64,000 nucleotides of DNA, from NCBI GenBank assembly GCA_013239625.1, contig MU053810.1:3938071-4002070 (forward strand). Reading direction: 5' to 3'. Position 1 is the stretch's first letter. Each line of letters opens with the position of its first letter. Positions 27,111 through 40,318 of the stretch are shown here, one piece after another. Made by a program: the position numbers and the translations under genes. The notes below the pieces were generated by a model. It saw only the letters and a list, made by a program, of their open reading frames with translations, made no database searches and had not been told where the DNA came from. This DNA is from Lama guanicoe (Eukaryota).

Positions 27111-30100
27111 GGTCACAGGCTCATTCTGGCCCTATGCTAAAGGTCATCCTCGGGAAGGATGAAAAATAGAGCGCTCATCTAATAAGAATGCCCTTTACCT
27201 AGTGAGCCTTGGGCTGTCAGAGCAATCCCATAGTAAGAGGCCAGCAGGCAGCCAGGAGAATTGCCTACACCTGCCACTTGGCCACAGGCGTTCATGGACA
27301 AAAAAATTCTTTGCAGAGATTAAACAGGCTTACATTCTTATTTAATATAAGGTCAGAACATTAAGTTAAAAGGCATTAACTTTCAATCCATATCGTGTTG
27401 CGAGAAATTCATTTTTGCTGAGTTTCAACAATAAGGCAAGTTCCTTATAGGGAAACTGTTGCTCAGCCTTTAAGTTGTGTATCGCTTACTGGCAATGATG
27501 TGAGACATCTATTTTGATAGCATCAATATGTCATTGCCTGGTTTTAGAACTCAGACTACATTTTCATTTCTATCTATTGTCTACAGGAAAACACTATTTT
27601 CTTCTCATAATTCTCTTAATTGTGTGAAAAAGAAGTTAGTTTGGTATTGGAAGCTCAAAATACAAAGAATACAAAGAATGTATCACTGTAGTGTTAGCAC
27701 TGCTCCTATATTTAAAGACAAAGATGTAAAGTCCTAAATGCCAAATAAAAATCATAACCAGGGCCAAAACAATCTTTTGTGAAGATTCATTTTCCTCCGG
27801 GAAGGTGAAGAGAGGAGAAAAAAAGTTACTTTTACTCTATGGCCAGTTTTATTTTCAAAGTCTAACTTCTAAGTTTTCTTCAGAAAACTTTACTATATAA
27901 TCAAAAGAGTATTTTAAAATATATATGTAAGTATAATAAGTATATGTAAATAAAATTGTCTTTTCTGAAGTGAATGTTTATTTTACCACAATGCATATGA
28001 AATTTTTTAGGGGAGTAAAATTCCAAGTCCAAATAAAAAGCCTGATCCTCTTAGAACTGGGCCAAAATAATGACAAGACTGACAAGCCTTTGGCTATTTT
28101 GCTAATGGAATGCTAAATGAATATTTTGAAACTGAGGAGAGAGATTTCACAGTAGATTTCATGAGTCATTGGTCAGCTCTGTGCAGTGTTTGTTGATCTA
28201 TATGGGATGCGTGGTTACACCATCCCACGAAAACATGTGCTGAACAAAACCTCTTTGTTTGAAACAATGCTATATAGCATATCAAGGAGCTTCAGATTTC
28301 AGTATCTAGGAGACCAAGTTATGATGATGTTTGTTTTTCAAACTATTAACTACGTAACACTTCTTATCGGTTACCTACATTAATCTCTCAGGAGTTCTGC
28401 CTTATAAAAATGTTCATTTCAGATCCTATGGCCGCCTCTAATACCCAGGGCTGGCACTGGCAAAGCATTTATCATACTAAATCCAGGCCTTTTGTATCAC
28501 ATGTTGAATTCACTGATGGTTGTTAGTAGAAAGCTCATTAGCTCTGGAGTAAACATTAAAAAATAATAGTAGCTTTAAAACTTACTTGCTTTAGCACATG
28601 GGGGAAGTTTTTTTTTTTTTTAATAGCATTTCTGAGCCCCTGTTTTCTCACCAGTATGAACTGGATAAGGAACCTTTTTTGGGGTGGTTGGGAATAGTCC
28701 AGAAAGCGAGAAAAGCAGGCAGCCCAGGGAACACACTGCTAGTCCGATGCTGAACTGGCCTTCAAGGAGTGTGTTCCTTCTAAACCACAACTGAGGAATG
28801 CATTGTTTCCCATTTTCCATTTGAAAAAAGTCAAATATTTCATAAGCTGAAATAGTTTTTACTTGCTTAATTAATAGGACTTAGGGCCCAGTTTTAAATT
28901 TTCAAGTGCTTCTCTGAAACATATATAAATATCATGTGTATTTATATGAAAATAACACCTACCAATTATTAAAAGGGTTCACATCTCGGGTTAAATAGCA
29001 GGAGGATTTGATGAAGAGTCAAGTGCTGGCTCTAAACGTAGTAATTTATATATTCCAGTTGGATATTATCAGTTCTAGAGTCTAATAAAAGCCAAGAGGT
29101 TTCAGTGTAGGTTTGTAATTTAAATTCTTTCTAGAGAGTCATCGTATGTAAAGTGCTTATTTTTCTTTTATCACCAGCTGTAATCTATGATTATGTGGTG
29201 CAGGCTCTGTTATGTAAACTAGTTTTATGTCGTGCTTCATCCAGAACCAAAGATCTTAAATAAAAAGGGTGGAAAAACAAAGAGCAAAGTCCTTGGCCAA
29301 GACAATGTGATGCTGCTAAATCCTTTATGGAAAAACTCCTGAGACGTGATCGTTTTCACATCTTAAATTTTGCTGCCATGAGATAACGTGTCCGCTCTTG
29401 TAAAAATCCATCAATAAGTGTTTGTTATCTGGCTAAAGCTGAAAAGCAAGAGGAGGGACAGGATAGGGAGTTTGGGCAGGAGGGACTTTGACAGGGAATT
29501 TGGATCTTACTGCTAAATGTTCTCCAGCGCTGTCATAATAGGGCATCCTCTGTTTGGAGCTAAGTTTAGATCTTTAAAAGGGAGCTCAAGAAAAATGGGA
29601 AGAAAATGGAAGAATTGAGCCATCCACCTGAGAGAAGATTTAGGGACCTGCTGCTGAAGGGAATGGGGATATCTCCAGGTCTGGTCATGTGACCAGAGGG
29701 GATCTTCACGCCCAGCTCTTAGGAAATCTGTAACACGTCCTTTGCAGCCTATGGTGGGGTGGTTCAGGAAAAAGTCTGAATGGAGTGTCATAAAGGCAGT
29801 GACCGTATTTCATGCAATCCAAGATTTTATACAAAGGTGTTCAAAATGTCAATCTTAGAATCCGTTGAAAAAGGTCTAATAAGGATTTATCAGGCAAAGA
29901 CCTGTTCAGGGGGTTCCATTTCATCAGATCATACAGGGAGCTAGTCTCGTGAAAAGAACATTCATCAGGCTTTTCCATGAGTTGGATAAAATACCCACAT
30001 AGTACCATGCAGTTCTCTATTCTTTTTCCAGTGTCACAAGGTAGCTTGCCCATAACTAATACAGAGTCACAGGTAGAGAGACTTCCAAAAAAGACTTGGT

Positions 30101-31777
30101 CTAGACAGTGAAAGTGTGATTTTAGGTTAGTGTGAAGATTCCCCTGACCTAATAAACATAAAATACAGGCTTTAGACCTGCCCCCGTATGCGTTCCCCAC
30201 AACAAACCACCAAGTCAGGCTCTACCTGGGCAGTCAGCTCATCTCTCATGAACAGCCTGTAGCTGCAAAATCAGGCACCTTCATTTTTCTTCAGCTTCAA
30301 AGCCTATGTTGGAAAAATTTTGAATGTAGCAATTTTGAGAACTCTTGGGGGAATGCTGGATGTGGAAGAATACAGTAGTGTGAAGCTCAGTTTATTTTTA
30401 TGATGTATGTTTATTTGCCTGGATGTTTTTACCTGGAAACACTTCAGTGCACACAGAGAGGTATTATTTGTATGGTCCATGGGTTCTGCCATAACCTAGC
30501 ACATAACCAAGGTGCTGATCAGCAGCACACAGTCCAGGGCTGGTCCACCCACTGTTGCTCAGATCAGGAATCTCACACAATACAAGGGACTAACTACTCT
30601 GAGCTTTGCTGTTAATGAGCTTTGTTGTTAGACCAACAAGCCACACTGTGCCAGTTAGTATACGGAAATCAGCAGTGGGTTTTTACTGAATGTAGTGGCC
30701 TATTGACTATCATGGTAGATGTTAGAAGTAGGCTTGAACTGTTGAATTTAAAGATCCTCGAGATATGGAGGTCAGCTAACATAGTTCAGAAATCCTCGCA
30801 CCCTTGCAGGAGGTACGCGAGAACCTCACAAAGACCCTGAGGGATGGGGCTTGATCCCCTAACAGTCTTCTGTCCAGCCTTTGCCGTCTAGTGGCCTGAT
30901 GCTTACTAAAAGGGCCTAGGATTTTGCTTCTGGAAAGTTATCACATCTGCTTAGAAGAAACCATTCAAACCTGGCAGTAGTCAGAGCACCTAAAAGAACA
31001 GAAAGGTGGGACTTGGTGGACCTCTCTGAACAGGTTGAATAAACTGTTTGGGTCTTGCTTGCTAGTGAATGATTTTTGTTTTTGTTTTTGTTTTTTTAAT
31101 AAATGCCTGAGACTTGCTTTCATTATAGACTGAGGGCAAAGTTGTGGGGAAATAGCCAACCTTGATCTTCATCAAACATCTTTAAAGGATACAGCCTCTA
31201 TCCAAAGAAACCCAATTGCATGTGACCAGATTAGTTCAGTTTTCTGAGAAACCAGAAGAAATCATAAAATCTTCTTTAATAGGACTGATTTTGGTGTGTA
31301 AAATATGTATCTATCTTATTCATCCTTGTATCCCCGGGGCAATCCATGCCATCCGCATAGCAGGTGTCCAGTAAGTATTTACCAAGTGAATCAATGACTA
31401 AGTAATTGAGTAAGTTCTTTAAAAGAGCCATTCCTAAAGAGTTGTGCACCTAGCAGTTGGCCCCAGAGGTCTAGGCAGAAAAATTCTGCTGGCTGCTTTC
31501 TAAAGGGTAGGCTGAGAGATTAATCTGAGCTGCCAATGTCTGATGGCTACAGAAATTCATGCAGAAATTCTCACTCCAGGGCAGAAACAAGGTATTTCAG
31601 CCTAGAGAGATTTTAATCATTTGTCGCCTCCTTCACAGAGAAGGAACCCCCATTATCAATGTATAAGTGAGGAGAGGGAAAGAATTGCAAGCGAGAACTT
31701 CCCATCAGGAAATTATAGGGCTAGGTCCAAGCTGCTGATTGAAGAAATTGACCCAGTAAGGAAAAATGGTATGTGTC

Positions 31778-32217
31778 TGTTATGGTTAGTTTTATGTGTC
31801 AACTTGGCTGGGTCACGGTGCCCAGACATGTGGGCAAACATTATTCTGGATATTTCTGTGGGGTGTTTTTAGATGAAAGTAACATTGAAATTGGTGGATT
31901 TTATATAAATCCTGTTGGCCTCTTTATCGTGGGTGGGCCTCACCCAATCAGTTGAAGACCTGTATAGAACAAAAGACTGTCCTCACCTGAACAAGAGGGA
32001 ATTCTGCAGCAGATGGCCTGCAGACTTGAACTGTGACATGGGTCCTTTCCTGAGTCATCAGCCTGATGATCTTCAAATTAGCTCTGTAACATCAGCTCTG
32101 ACCTGGATTCACCAGCCTCCATAATTATGTGAGTCAATTTCCTAAAATAAATCTACCTCTATATTATATATATAATCACCCTATCTGCTCTATTTCTCTG
32201 GAGAACTGACTTAACAC
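31778..32217 (+). mobile_element. MLT2-type (ERV-L) LTR
   Basis: TGTTATGGTTAGTTTTATGTGTCAACTTGGCTGGG...TTTCTCTGGAGAACTGACTTAACACA. Confidence 0.82.
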
Positions 32218-32278
32218 AGCAACCAATGAAAAATTAACAATCAGGGATTATCCTCTTTGCTGCTCTTGATTTCGGTTA

Positions 32279-32779
32279 TTGTGACATATTTTATGTGTCA
32301 ACTTGACTGGGCTAAGGAGTGCCCAGATAGCTGGTAAAACATGATTTCTGAGTGTGTCTGGGAGGGTGCCTCCAGAAGAGATTAGCATTCAAACAGGCAG
32401 ACTGAGTAAAGAAGAGCCCTCTCACTGACGTCTGTGGGCATCATCCAATCCGGAGAGGAAGAGTATGGAATGAAGAGGTGAGAGAAGGGCGAATTTGCTC
32501 TCTGCTTAAGCCTGGACATCTATCTCCTCTTATCCTCAGACATGGACCCTCTTGGTTCTCAGGCCTTCGAACTTGGACTGGGACTTCCTCTTTTGGCTTC
32601 TAGTTCTCAGGCCTCCACCTTTGGAACGGAACTACACCACCTGCCTTCTTGTTCCTCCAGTTTGCAGACATTAGGTTATGGGGCTTCGCAGCTTCCATAA
32701 TCACATGAACCAATCCCTCATGATAAGTTCTTCTCTGTATCCCTATATCCTATTGGTTCTGTTACCCCTGACCAATACA
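32279..32779 (+). mobile_element. MLT2-type (ERV-L) LTR, second subfamily
   Basis: TTTTATGTGTCAACTTGACTGGGCTAAGG..TGCCCAGATAGCTGG...CCTATTGGTTCTGTT..CCCTGACCAATACA. Confidence 0.82.
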
Positions 32780-35399
32780 GTAAATATACTAACAGAACTG
32801 AGAAAGATACTTCTTACAAGTCTAATATTTACTGAATGCTGACTGTGCCAGGAACTCTTCTAAGCACTTAACACATTACTCATTTAGCCAATTACTCACA
32901 ATTTAAAAAGGAGACATGGAGACAGCGAGAGGTTGATTGACTTGCCCAAGTTCATAGAGCTTGCAAATGGTAAAATGGGCCTCTGAACACAGTCTCGCTC
33001 CAGAGCCTCCACACTTAATCATTATGCTATATTGCCTCACCAAACTCTCACGTGGGACACATTATTGCAGTTTTTCCCTGATGTTAGTTTTGGCAGTGGC
33101 CTAAGAAGTATCTCTAAAGCTATCAGGCACATAATAGCAACGTAATGAATATATGTTGCTGGGGTTGCTGTAGAGAATCAAATACATTAACACACTGTCT
33201 ACCAGAGCCCAGTTATTGGGGAAATTTACGTTTGTGCAATATTAGTGAGACTAAGAAATCAAGCAAAAAAATGTATACCCCCAGAGGCTACAAAGTTCCT
33301 GCTGAAAACCTATTTGCTTTACTTAGATCCTATAAAGGCTAACTATTATGTGCAATTCTAACAGAGTTGAAATCTGTTTTCTACCTCTGCAGCCAATGAA
33401 AGTGGGGAGCTAGTCTGCTGAAGGCCATCAGTAGATTGACAGCAATGAAAGGTAGTGTTTAGCACACACACCCCAAAAGACTATAAAAAATCCACAACAG
33501 AAGTTCCAGTCACGTGAGAGGGTTAGGCCATTGTGAGCGATCAAGAGACTTACACTCATCACTGGCCCTGAGGGTAATATTGTAAAATAACTAAGGTTCA
33601 TCATAATGACCATGAGTCATTGTATTTAATGCAACTATTTTAACACACTCTCTTTAAGAGGCAGGTGTGTGTATAAAGCAGTTAAAAATATATTGTCTTA
33701 ATTCTAAAAGTTATTCTAGCTTGATTCATTCTCTGAGATGATTTTCTGTAGCTGAAATTTTATTTCATTCCTTAAATGATAGGTAACATTTCTCTGTCAT
33801 TTGCATGGGATTGCCCTGTGGTGTTGTAATGTCAGAGTTTCCAGAGCTGAAGGGACCTTAGAGATGCTATACCTGAGTCCACTCACTCAAGGACATTTAG
33901 GTAGTTAGGCAACAGCTACATCTAGGATTTCTTTATCCTTTGGTCCATCACAGTGTGTTTGTCACATTAGGCTATGTTACGCTGCAATAACAAATAATCC
34001 CACATCTCAGTGAATCAATACAATAAAAGTTAATTTCTTACTCACATGACAAGTCCCACAGAGGTGGCAGGGAGTTCTGTTCCACACAGCTGTTTAGGGA
34101 TCCACTGACAGACGTTTTGTCTGTCTGGAATGTAAGGCCTCTTGAGTCACTTTACCAGGAGAAGGAAGGAGAAACTTTCAGGCACTGCTGATTAAATACA
34201 TTGGCCCCTTTCACCCACTCTGTTGATCAGAGAGAGTCACATGGCTCCATCAAAGGCGAAGGCAACTGGAAAGTCTGTTCTTCCAAGTGCTCAGAAGTAG
34301 AGGGGAACTGATACTGGGGAACACTAGTAATATCTACCGGTATTTCTTCCATCGTATCACCCTCCTTAAACAACTTTGCAGGCAACAAGATAGTGATGGA
34401 CATCATCCCAATGATGAAGATGATGATGGTGGCGATGGTGATGATGACATCTCATGTTTGCACAGGTTCTTAAGGTCCAGAAAATGTTTCAACTAACTGA
34501 ATTTTCCAGACCAAGGAAAGACTTGCCACCCTGACTTTAATTTGTTGAGGGCAGCGATCAGCCAGTTTCTAAAGGCTCCTATTTCTCCCCTTATAAAAAG
34601 AGGATGATGATTAATACAAATAATTATAAGACTACACACCACCACATAAAAGCAAGACATGAAATTATTTGTGCCCTTTGAGTACAACCATTTAAGAATG
34701 CCTGCAGTTAGAATAACCCAAGAATGAGAGGGAAAACAAAAAAGGAAAAATGATTATATTTTACGGAGGTGGGATTTTGAATGAACTTATCCTTTCCTCT
34801 AAATTTTCTCCGACCATTGTTTTATAAATAAACAGATGTTTATTTATAAATGAACAGATGTTCAAAACTCCTTCAGATGTCAGCACTCTGACTTTCCTTT
34901 TACGTCCAAATAAAATGGCTTAATTATACATCTCAATATTTTCCTATTTTTTTTTGATCCCCAGCATAGATGTGAGAGAAGGAAATTTTATTCCCTTGTT
35001 CATTTCCACTTGCTCATGTGCCTGTGGCTAAAGTCCACTCTCAGCTCAGCTCCCTAAGCAGAGATCAACCTTCAAGGCAAAAATCACTGTCTACTTAAGG
35101 CTATTCACTCATTCTTGTTTTGCTGACTCTTTGAAGAAAAAGAGGTTACAGAATAGCACAGAACACAAAACAACTTGAAATTGGATGTTACATCTATTAA
35201 AATTTTTTTATTGACATGTAGTCAATTAACAATGTTAATTTCAGTTATACAGCAAAGTGATTCAATTATACATAGCAATACCCACTTTTCCCCCTCTGTG
35301 CATAACTTCCCCCAGAAATCTTTCTCTTCTATCTCTGACCAGATCAAATACCCATATAAATTTACTTTTGCCCTAGCTCTTCTTCTTAATATTTAAGGG

Positions 35400-35860
35400 A
35401 GTATTAATTCTGCATTCTTGTGTGTGGCTACTTGGATTAATAACTGTCTCTCCCACTATGTTATAAGCTTCATAAGGGCAGGGTCCAGTTCTGGTTTGGT
35501 TCATCATTGTGTTCCCAGCACCTGGCACATCACCTGGCCTGTGGTAAACATTCAATAAATATTTGCTGAATAAATGAGTAATGATTGTTAACGTGTAGTG
35601 AGCATGTGAGATTTTGTAGGAATTGCACTTATGTGCTGTGTATGGTCCAGGTGTTATTCTCGGTGCTTTATGTCTATCTCACTTAATACTCATAAAAACT
35701 TTATGAGATGTATGTTGTGATTATTTCTGCTACATTAATGACAAAAAACTATGGCACAGAGAGGTTATGTGATTGCCCAAATTCACACAGCTTGTAAGTG
35801 GAGGAACTGGGTTTCAACCAGTCTGTGTCCTGAGCCCATGATCCTAACCTGTATGCAAGC
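35400..35860. mobile_element. L2 3' end and MIR remnants (representative of many in the window)
   Basis: CCCAGCACCTGGCACA...CAATAAATATTTGCTGAATAAATGA (L2); AGAGGTTATGTGATTGCCCAA (MIR). Confidence 0.7.
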
Positions 35861-37929
35861 TATTTAAATAGATGAATCAGAGAATAAAGAGGCAGATTCA
35901 TTGAACTGTTTATCCTGTAAAAAGTTCATTGTCCATTTAATTTTTTAGGCTTTTGGAAGACGATACAGATGAAATAATTCCCTTCTCTCGTGTCTCCTTA
36001 TATTAATGTGTGCATGTATGTGTGTGTGACTGCACATGAGAAACAATCAATAAGTGAATATATTCTGTGTCAGGTGGTGATAAGTGCTGTGACAGAGAAT
36101 AAAGCAGGAGGGGGACACGGATAGTGAAGGCCAGCATCTGCTAGTGTGGTCAGGGGAGGCTTTTTTAGAAGAGCAACTTCCAATAGCTGAGGATTAAGTC
36201 AGAGAGACGATGCAAAGATGATTGAGAAATAAATGATTCAACTAAAAGGACATGAGCATATAAAATTCAAAGCAAGCATTTATTAAAGCTTCTTATGAGC
36301 CCAGGGCTGGAGAAAGCAGCAAAATATCCTTGGAGGTCATTTTACACAGCATAGTGGTGTTTGTTCTCAATGCCAGGGTGATTGAGGTACATTAGCCCAG
36401 GAGTACCCCTGCTCTGTATTTGGCTGGTCTGAAGGGGTGCCCTCTGCTGTGTGGTCCTGGGCAGGCTCCTGGTGGGGCAGCAGCACTAACCAAAGTGTAC
36501 AACATCACCATCTAAATGCACCACTGCTTCACTGAACTAAAACATGAATATAATCTTCTGTGGTGCCCAGACCAGCCCAGGTGACTTTGCAAGGGAAATG
36601 TGCCTTTTTAAAATGTCTATTTCTGGGACCCACTGAGCAGGTACTATGCCTGAAAGATCCATGCATTTCCCTCAGCTGTTCGAGTGCTACCAAGGGGGTG
36701 GGTTAAGCACTTAGCCCCCCCCCCAACTCAATGTTGTCTTAGAGGAAAGTCTTGGGGGCAGGATATCTAATGGGAACTTTTGTTACTAACTCTTTGTGAG
36801 AAGATGGACTGAGAGAGCCACAGAATAAAATGTTGTAAAAAATGATTAGGGGTTTTGATTCCTAGAGCAAAGGAATTCTCTTTTAAGGAAAAAAAAAAAT
36901 CAAGTAGGTGTTAAGTGGCCTCCACTATCTTTAGAATTTCTAAACAAGGGTGAAATTCACCCACGGGTGCTCTGGCTCTCTTTACTATAATTACTTCTCT
37001 CCACGCTTTTTTTTTTGTTTTTTTTTTTTGCTTTCTCTTTCTTTTCTTTGATAATGCATTCAGTAGTGGTACACAAAAGAGCAAAGCCACATCCAGGACA
37101 GCTGGTTAACTGATACACCTTGAGGTTTTTGAACACAGAAGAGCTAAATGTTTCCTTTGTGCCACAGGAGAGGAAGTGGGGGTTGGCGAAGATGTTGCAC
37201 TTTATTAAGAAACCCATTTAGGCAGAATGATTTCCTGACTGAGGAGGTAGATTACCTGCTCCGTCTTTCCTCTGTTGATCTGCCCAAAGGCCATTAAAAT
37301 ATAGATTGTACCTCAGAAAATCGGATGCAGAGATAAAAGTTTGTTAACAGTTAGGTAACAACGCAACAGAAATGCCCCTAACCGCTTACTTCCGAGAAGG
37401 CATCGTCATCTGTTTCCCTGTCTTTGAGGTGATTCTACACACAACTCTTGTACATGTTTGGATAAACTCCCAGATGTTGCTATTAATGTTGTTGACCATT
37501 AGTTCTTAAATTTTATGGTTTGATTGGAGGAGAAGGAAATGTTCAAGCCTTCCTCCCCCTCAGGCTGGCTTGGCTACCTGTGTCATTTAGGAGACTTTCA
37601 GCAGCAGGTCACTGAACATCACAGTTAAACAATAAATCAGCGCATTGGCTCATGAACTTGGGTAAGATAAAAAGTCCCCCAAGGATTGGCTCAGTCCAGT
37701 AGCGCCACCTCCATGTCTTAGGATTCTTTTGGCTCATTCTCTGGCCCATAGCAGGATGGCTACAACCAGTCCAGCCTCAGTTATGTCAACATACAGAGAG
37801 ACAGCTTAAACTTATGCAGTGCTGTATGTCAATGATATCTCACTATAACTGGAAGGGAAAAAAGTCACACCCACAGGCTGAGGGAGAGGGGGTCACATGC
37901 AAGAGTTCTCTCAAAAGAGCACAAACAGA

Positions 37930-39475
37930 CAATGCACATAAGAGGGGAAAATGTTTGCAGAGCATACATCCATTCAAGGTCTGGTATCCAGACTGTATAA
38001 AGAACTGTTACAACTCAACAATTAGACGACAAATAGTACAATCTAAAAATGGAAAATGGATTTGAATAAACATCTCTCCAAAGAAGATATACAAATGGCC
38101 AATAAGCCTGTAAAAAGGTGCTTAACACTATTAGTTGTTAGGGAAATGCTAATTGAAACCATAATGAGATAATCGCTTCATACACAGGAGGTTAGTTATT
38201 CAAAATGACACAATAAGGGTTGGTGATGACGTGGAGAAATTAGAACAATTGTACACTGCTGGTGGGTATCGAAAATGGTACAGGCACTTTGGAAAACCAG
38301 TCTAGCATTTCCTTCAATAGTTAAATAGAAATTTGCCATATGACCCAGCAATTCCACTCCCAGGTATCTATCTGCCCATGAGAATTAAAAACATAAGCAT
38401 GCATGAAAATGTGTGCACAATTGTTCATGAAGGAGGATTAATAAAATGGCCGCATTTAGGCTAACAGATTGCTCATTCTCATGCTCGCCCTTAAAATGGT
38501 CAACTGACCTGACTGATCAGTTGCTATTCATAGCTCCAGGCCCGTTGTGAAAATATGCTATTAATGTTACTGTTTCTGCTTTATTCCAATAATCGGAAGT
38601 AATTGTCATACTTGGTTTCTGAGTTGTTCTCCAGGGAGAAGGTCACGGAACTGTAATCTTACAAAATAAGCTAAATACCAAAAAGACCACTCCTTGGGAG
38701 CTTACGAGATAAAGAGATTGAAAAAGTGACAACCTCTGGCCTCTATAGCATTGGTCACCTGGAGACATCAGAAGTCTTATGACGAGAAAAAGGTTCTGTT
38801 GATTGTTTTCCATGTTTTACTGTTTGAGCGATGGCTACATAATCACCCTACCTCATCCCCAAGGTGCGTTCACTGTTTTGAAGGCGCTAGCCTGCTGTGA
38901 GTCCCCTTTGCCTGGCAAAATAATAAAGCTGTCTCTTTTCTTCTAAGCTCCAAAACCCTATCTCTAAGTTTCAATTTGGTTCATCAGGGACAGGGACCAT
39001 CTTTTGACAACATTCATACCAGCGTTCATAACATTCACTATAGCCAAAAAGTACAAACCACCCAAATACCCATCAATTGATGAATGGATCACCAAAATGT
39101 GGTCTATCCATGTAAAGGAACATTATTCCACCATAAAAAGAAATAAAATATTGATACATGCTGCAACAGAGCGGAGGCTTGAACACATTGTGCTGAGCAA
39201 AAGAAGCCAGATACAAAAAGCCATGTATTGGATGGTTCCCTTTACATGAAGTATCCAGGATAGACAAAAGAGAGAAAGCAACTCTAATGGTTGTCAGCGG
39301 CTGCAGGGAAAAGGGGATGGGTACCAGTTTTCTTTCGAGGGGTGATGAAAGTGTTTGGAATTAGATGGAAGTGATGACTGCACAACTTTGTGAGTGTGCT
39401 AAAATTACTGAATTGAACACTTTAAAAGGGTAGATATTATGGTGTGTGAATTACATCTCAATTAATGAAAAAAGA
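37930..39475 (+). mobile_element. L1MB-like ORF2 end and 3' UTR, interrupted by an LTR
   Basis: CTCCAAAGAAGATATACAAATGGCCAATAAGC, ATATGACCCAGCAATTCCACTCC, GGGGTGATGAAAGTGTT motifs. Confidence 0.85.
38428..39012 (+). mobile_element. Solo LTR nested in L1
   Basis: TG...CA termini with TTCA TSD (38424-38427, 39013-39016) and internal AATAAAG. Confidence 0.8.
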
Positions 39476-40277
39476 AGCATGGACACTTCTTTGCCAAAAG
39501 TTCTCGGAAAACCTCTCCTCACAAAGAAATGACTTGAACTGCAGCACACAAACAAAGACCAGTGTCCTGGGGGATGCCCAGTGTCCAGTGAGAAGCAAAT
39601 GGATCCTGATAGACTTAGATGCCTCAGGGCCCATCCCTCAGAGCTGGGCTCAAACCTCTAACCTTGTGACTCCTACGAAGAAGAAAGAGGTGCTGTGGAT
39701 GTGGAGCAAACACAGCTTCTGTTCTTGTGCATCTCTTCTCCTGGCATCCTGTATCCCAGGCAGGTCTTTAACCTGCTCTTAGTTTAGGATAATGTATCAT
39801 AATTGTGTCTTTTCTCTCTGCCCTACTAAATCACAATCATCTTGAATGCCAGAGCTTCTGAGTATCCCTAACAGCTAGTACAATGTCTGGCCATGGAAAG
39901 TAATCAGTAAATGTTTACTGAATAAATGACTGATGTGAAGCTTGGAAATATCTCCTCTTCTGGCTAATGATCAAAATTCCCAGCTTCAACAATTCCTTGT
40001 TTGTATGAAGTCATGCCTTCTGATATATCCTTGATGCATTTCCTCCCGAGAGGATAACTATTAAATCACACAGAGCTTTGTGTGAGTTTGTCTTATCAGT
40101 TCCTCTCTGACTCAGGGAGGAGGAACTAGCTCAGGCTTCCCTGAAGAGGAACTTATCCACTGACCTTTTCATTTGGAACCAGATCATGGCCTGTTAGTTT
40201 TTTCCTTTCTCTGTGTTTAAAAAGTGAATTTCAAATTGTTTAAAACATACCAATGCTTTATCCAGCTTGTTACATGT

Positions 40278-40279
<2 letters not shown>

Positions 40280-40314
<35 letters not shown>
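40280..40314. repeat. (CA)n microsatellite
   Basis: Direct read. Confidence 0.95.

Positions 40315-40318
<4 letters not shown>

Noticed and set aside
26266..27116. Several overlapping 100-160 aa ORFs on both strands
   Set aside because: Expected stop-codon depletion in a GC-rich island; low-complexity P/R/A peptides with no recognisable homology.
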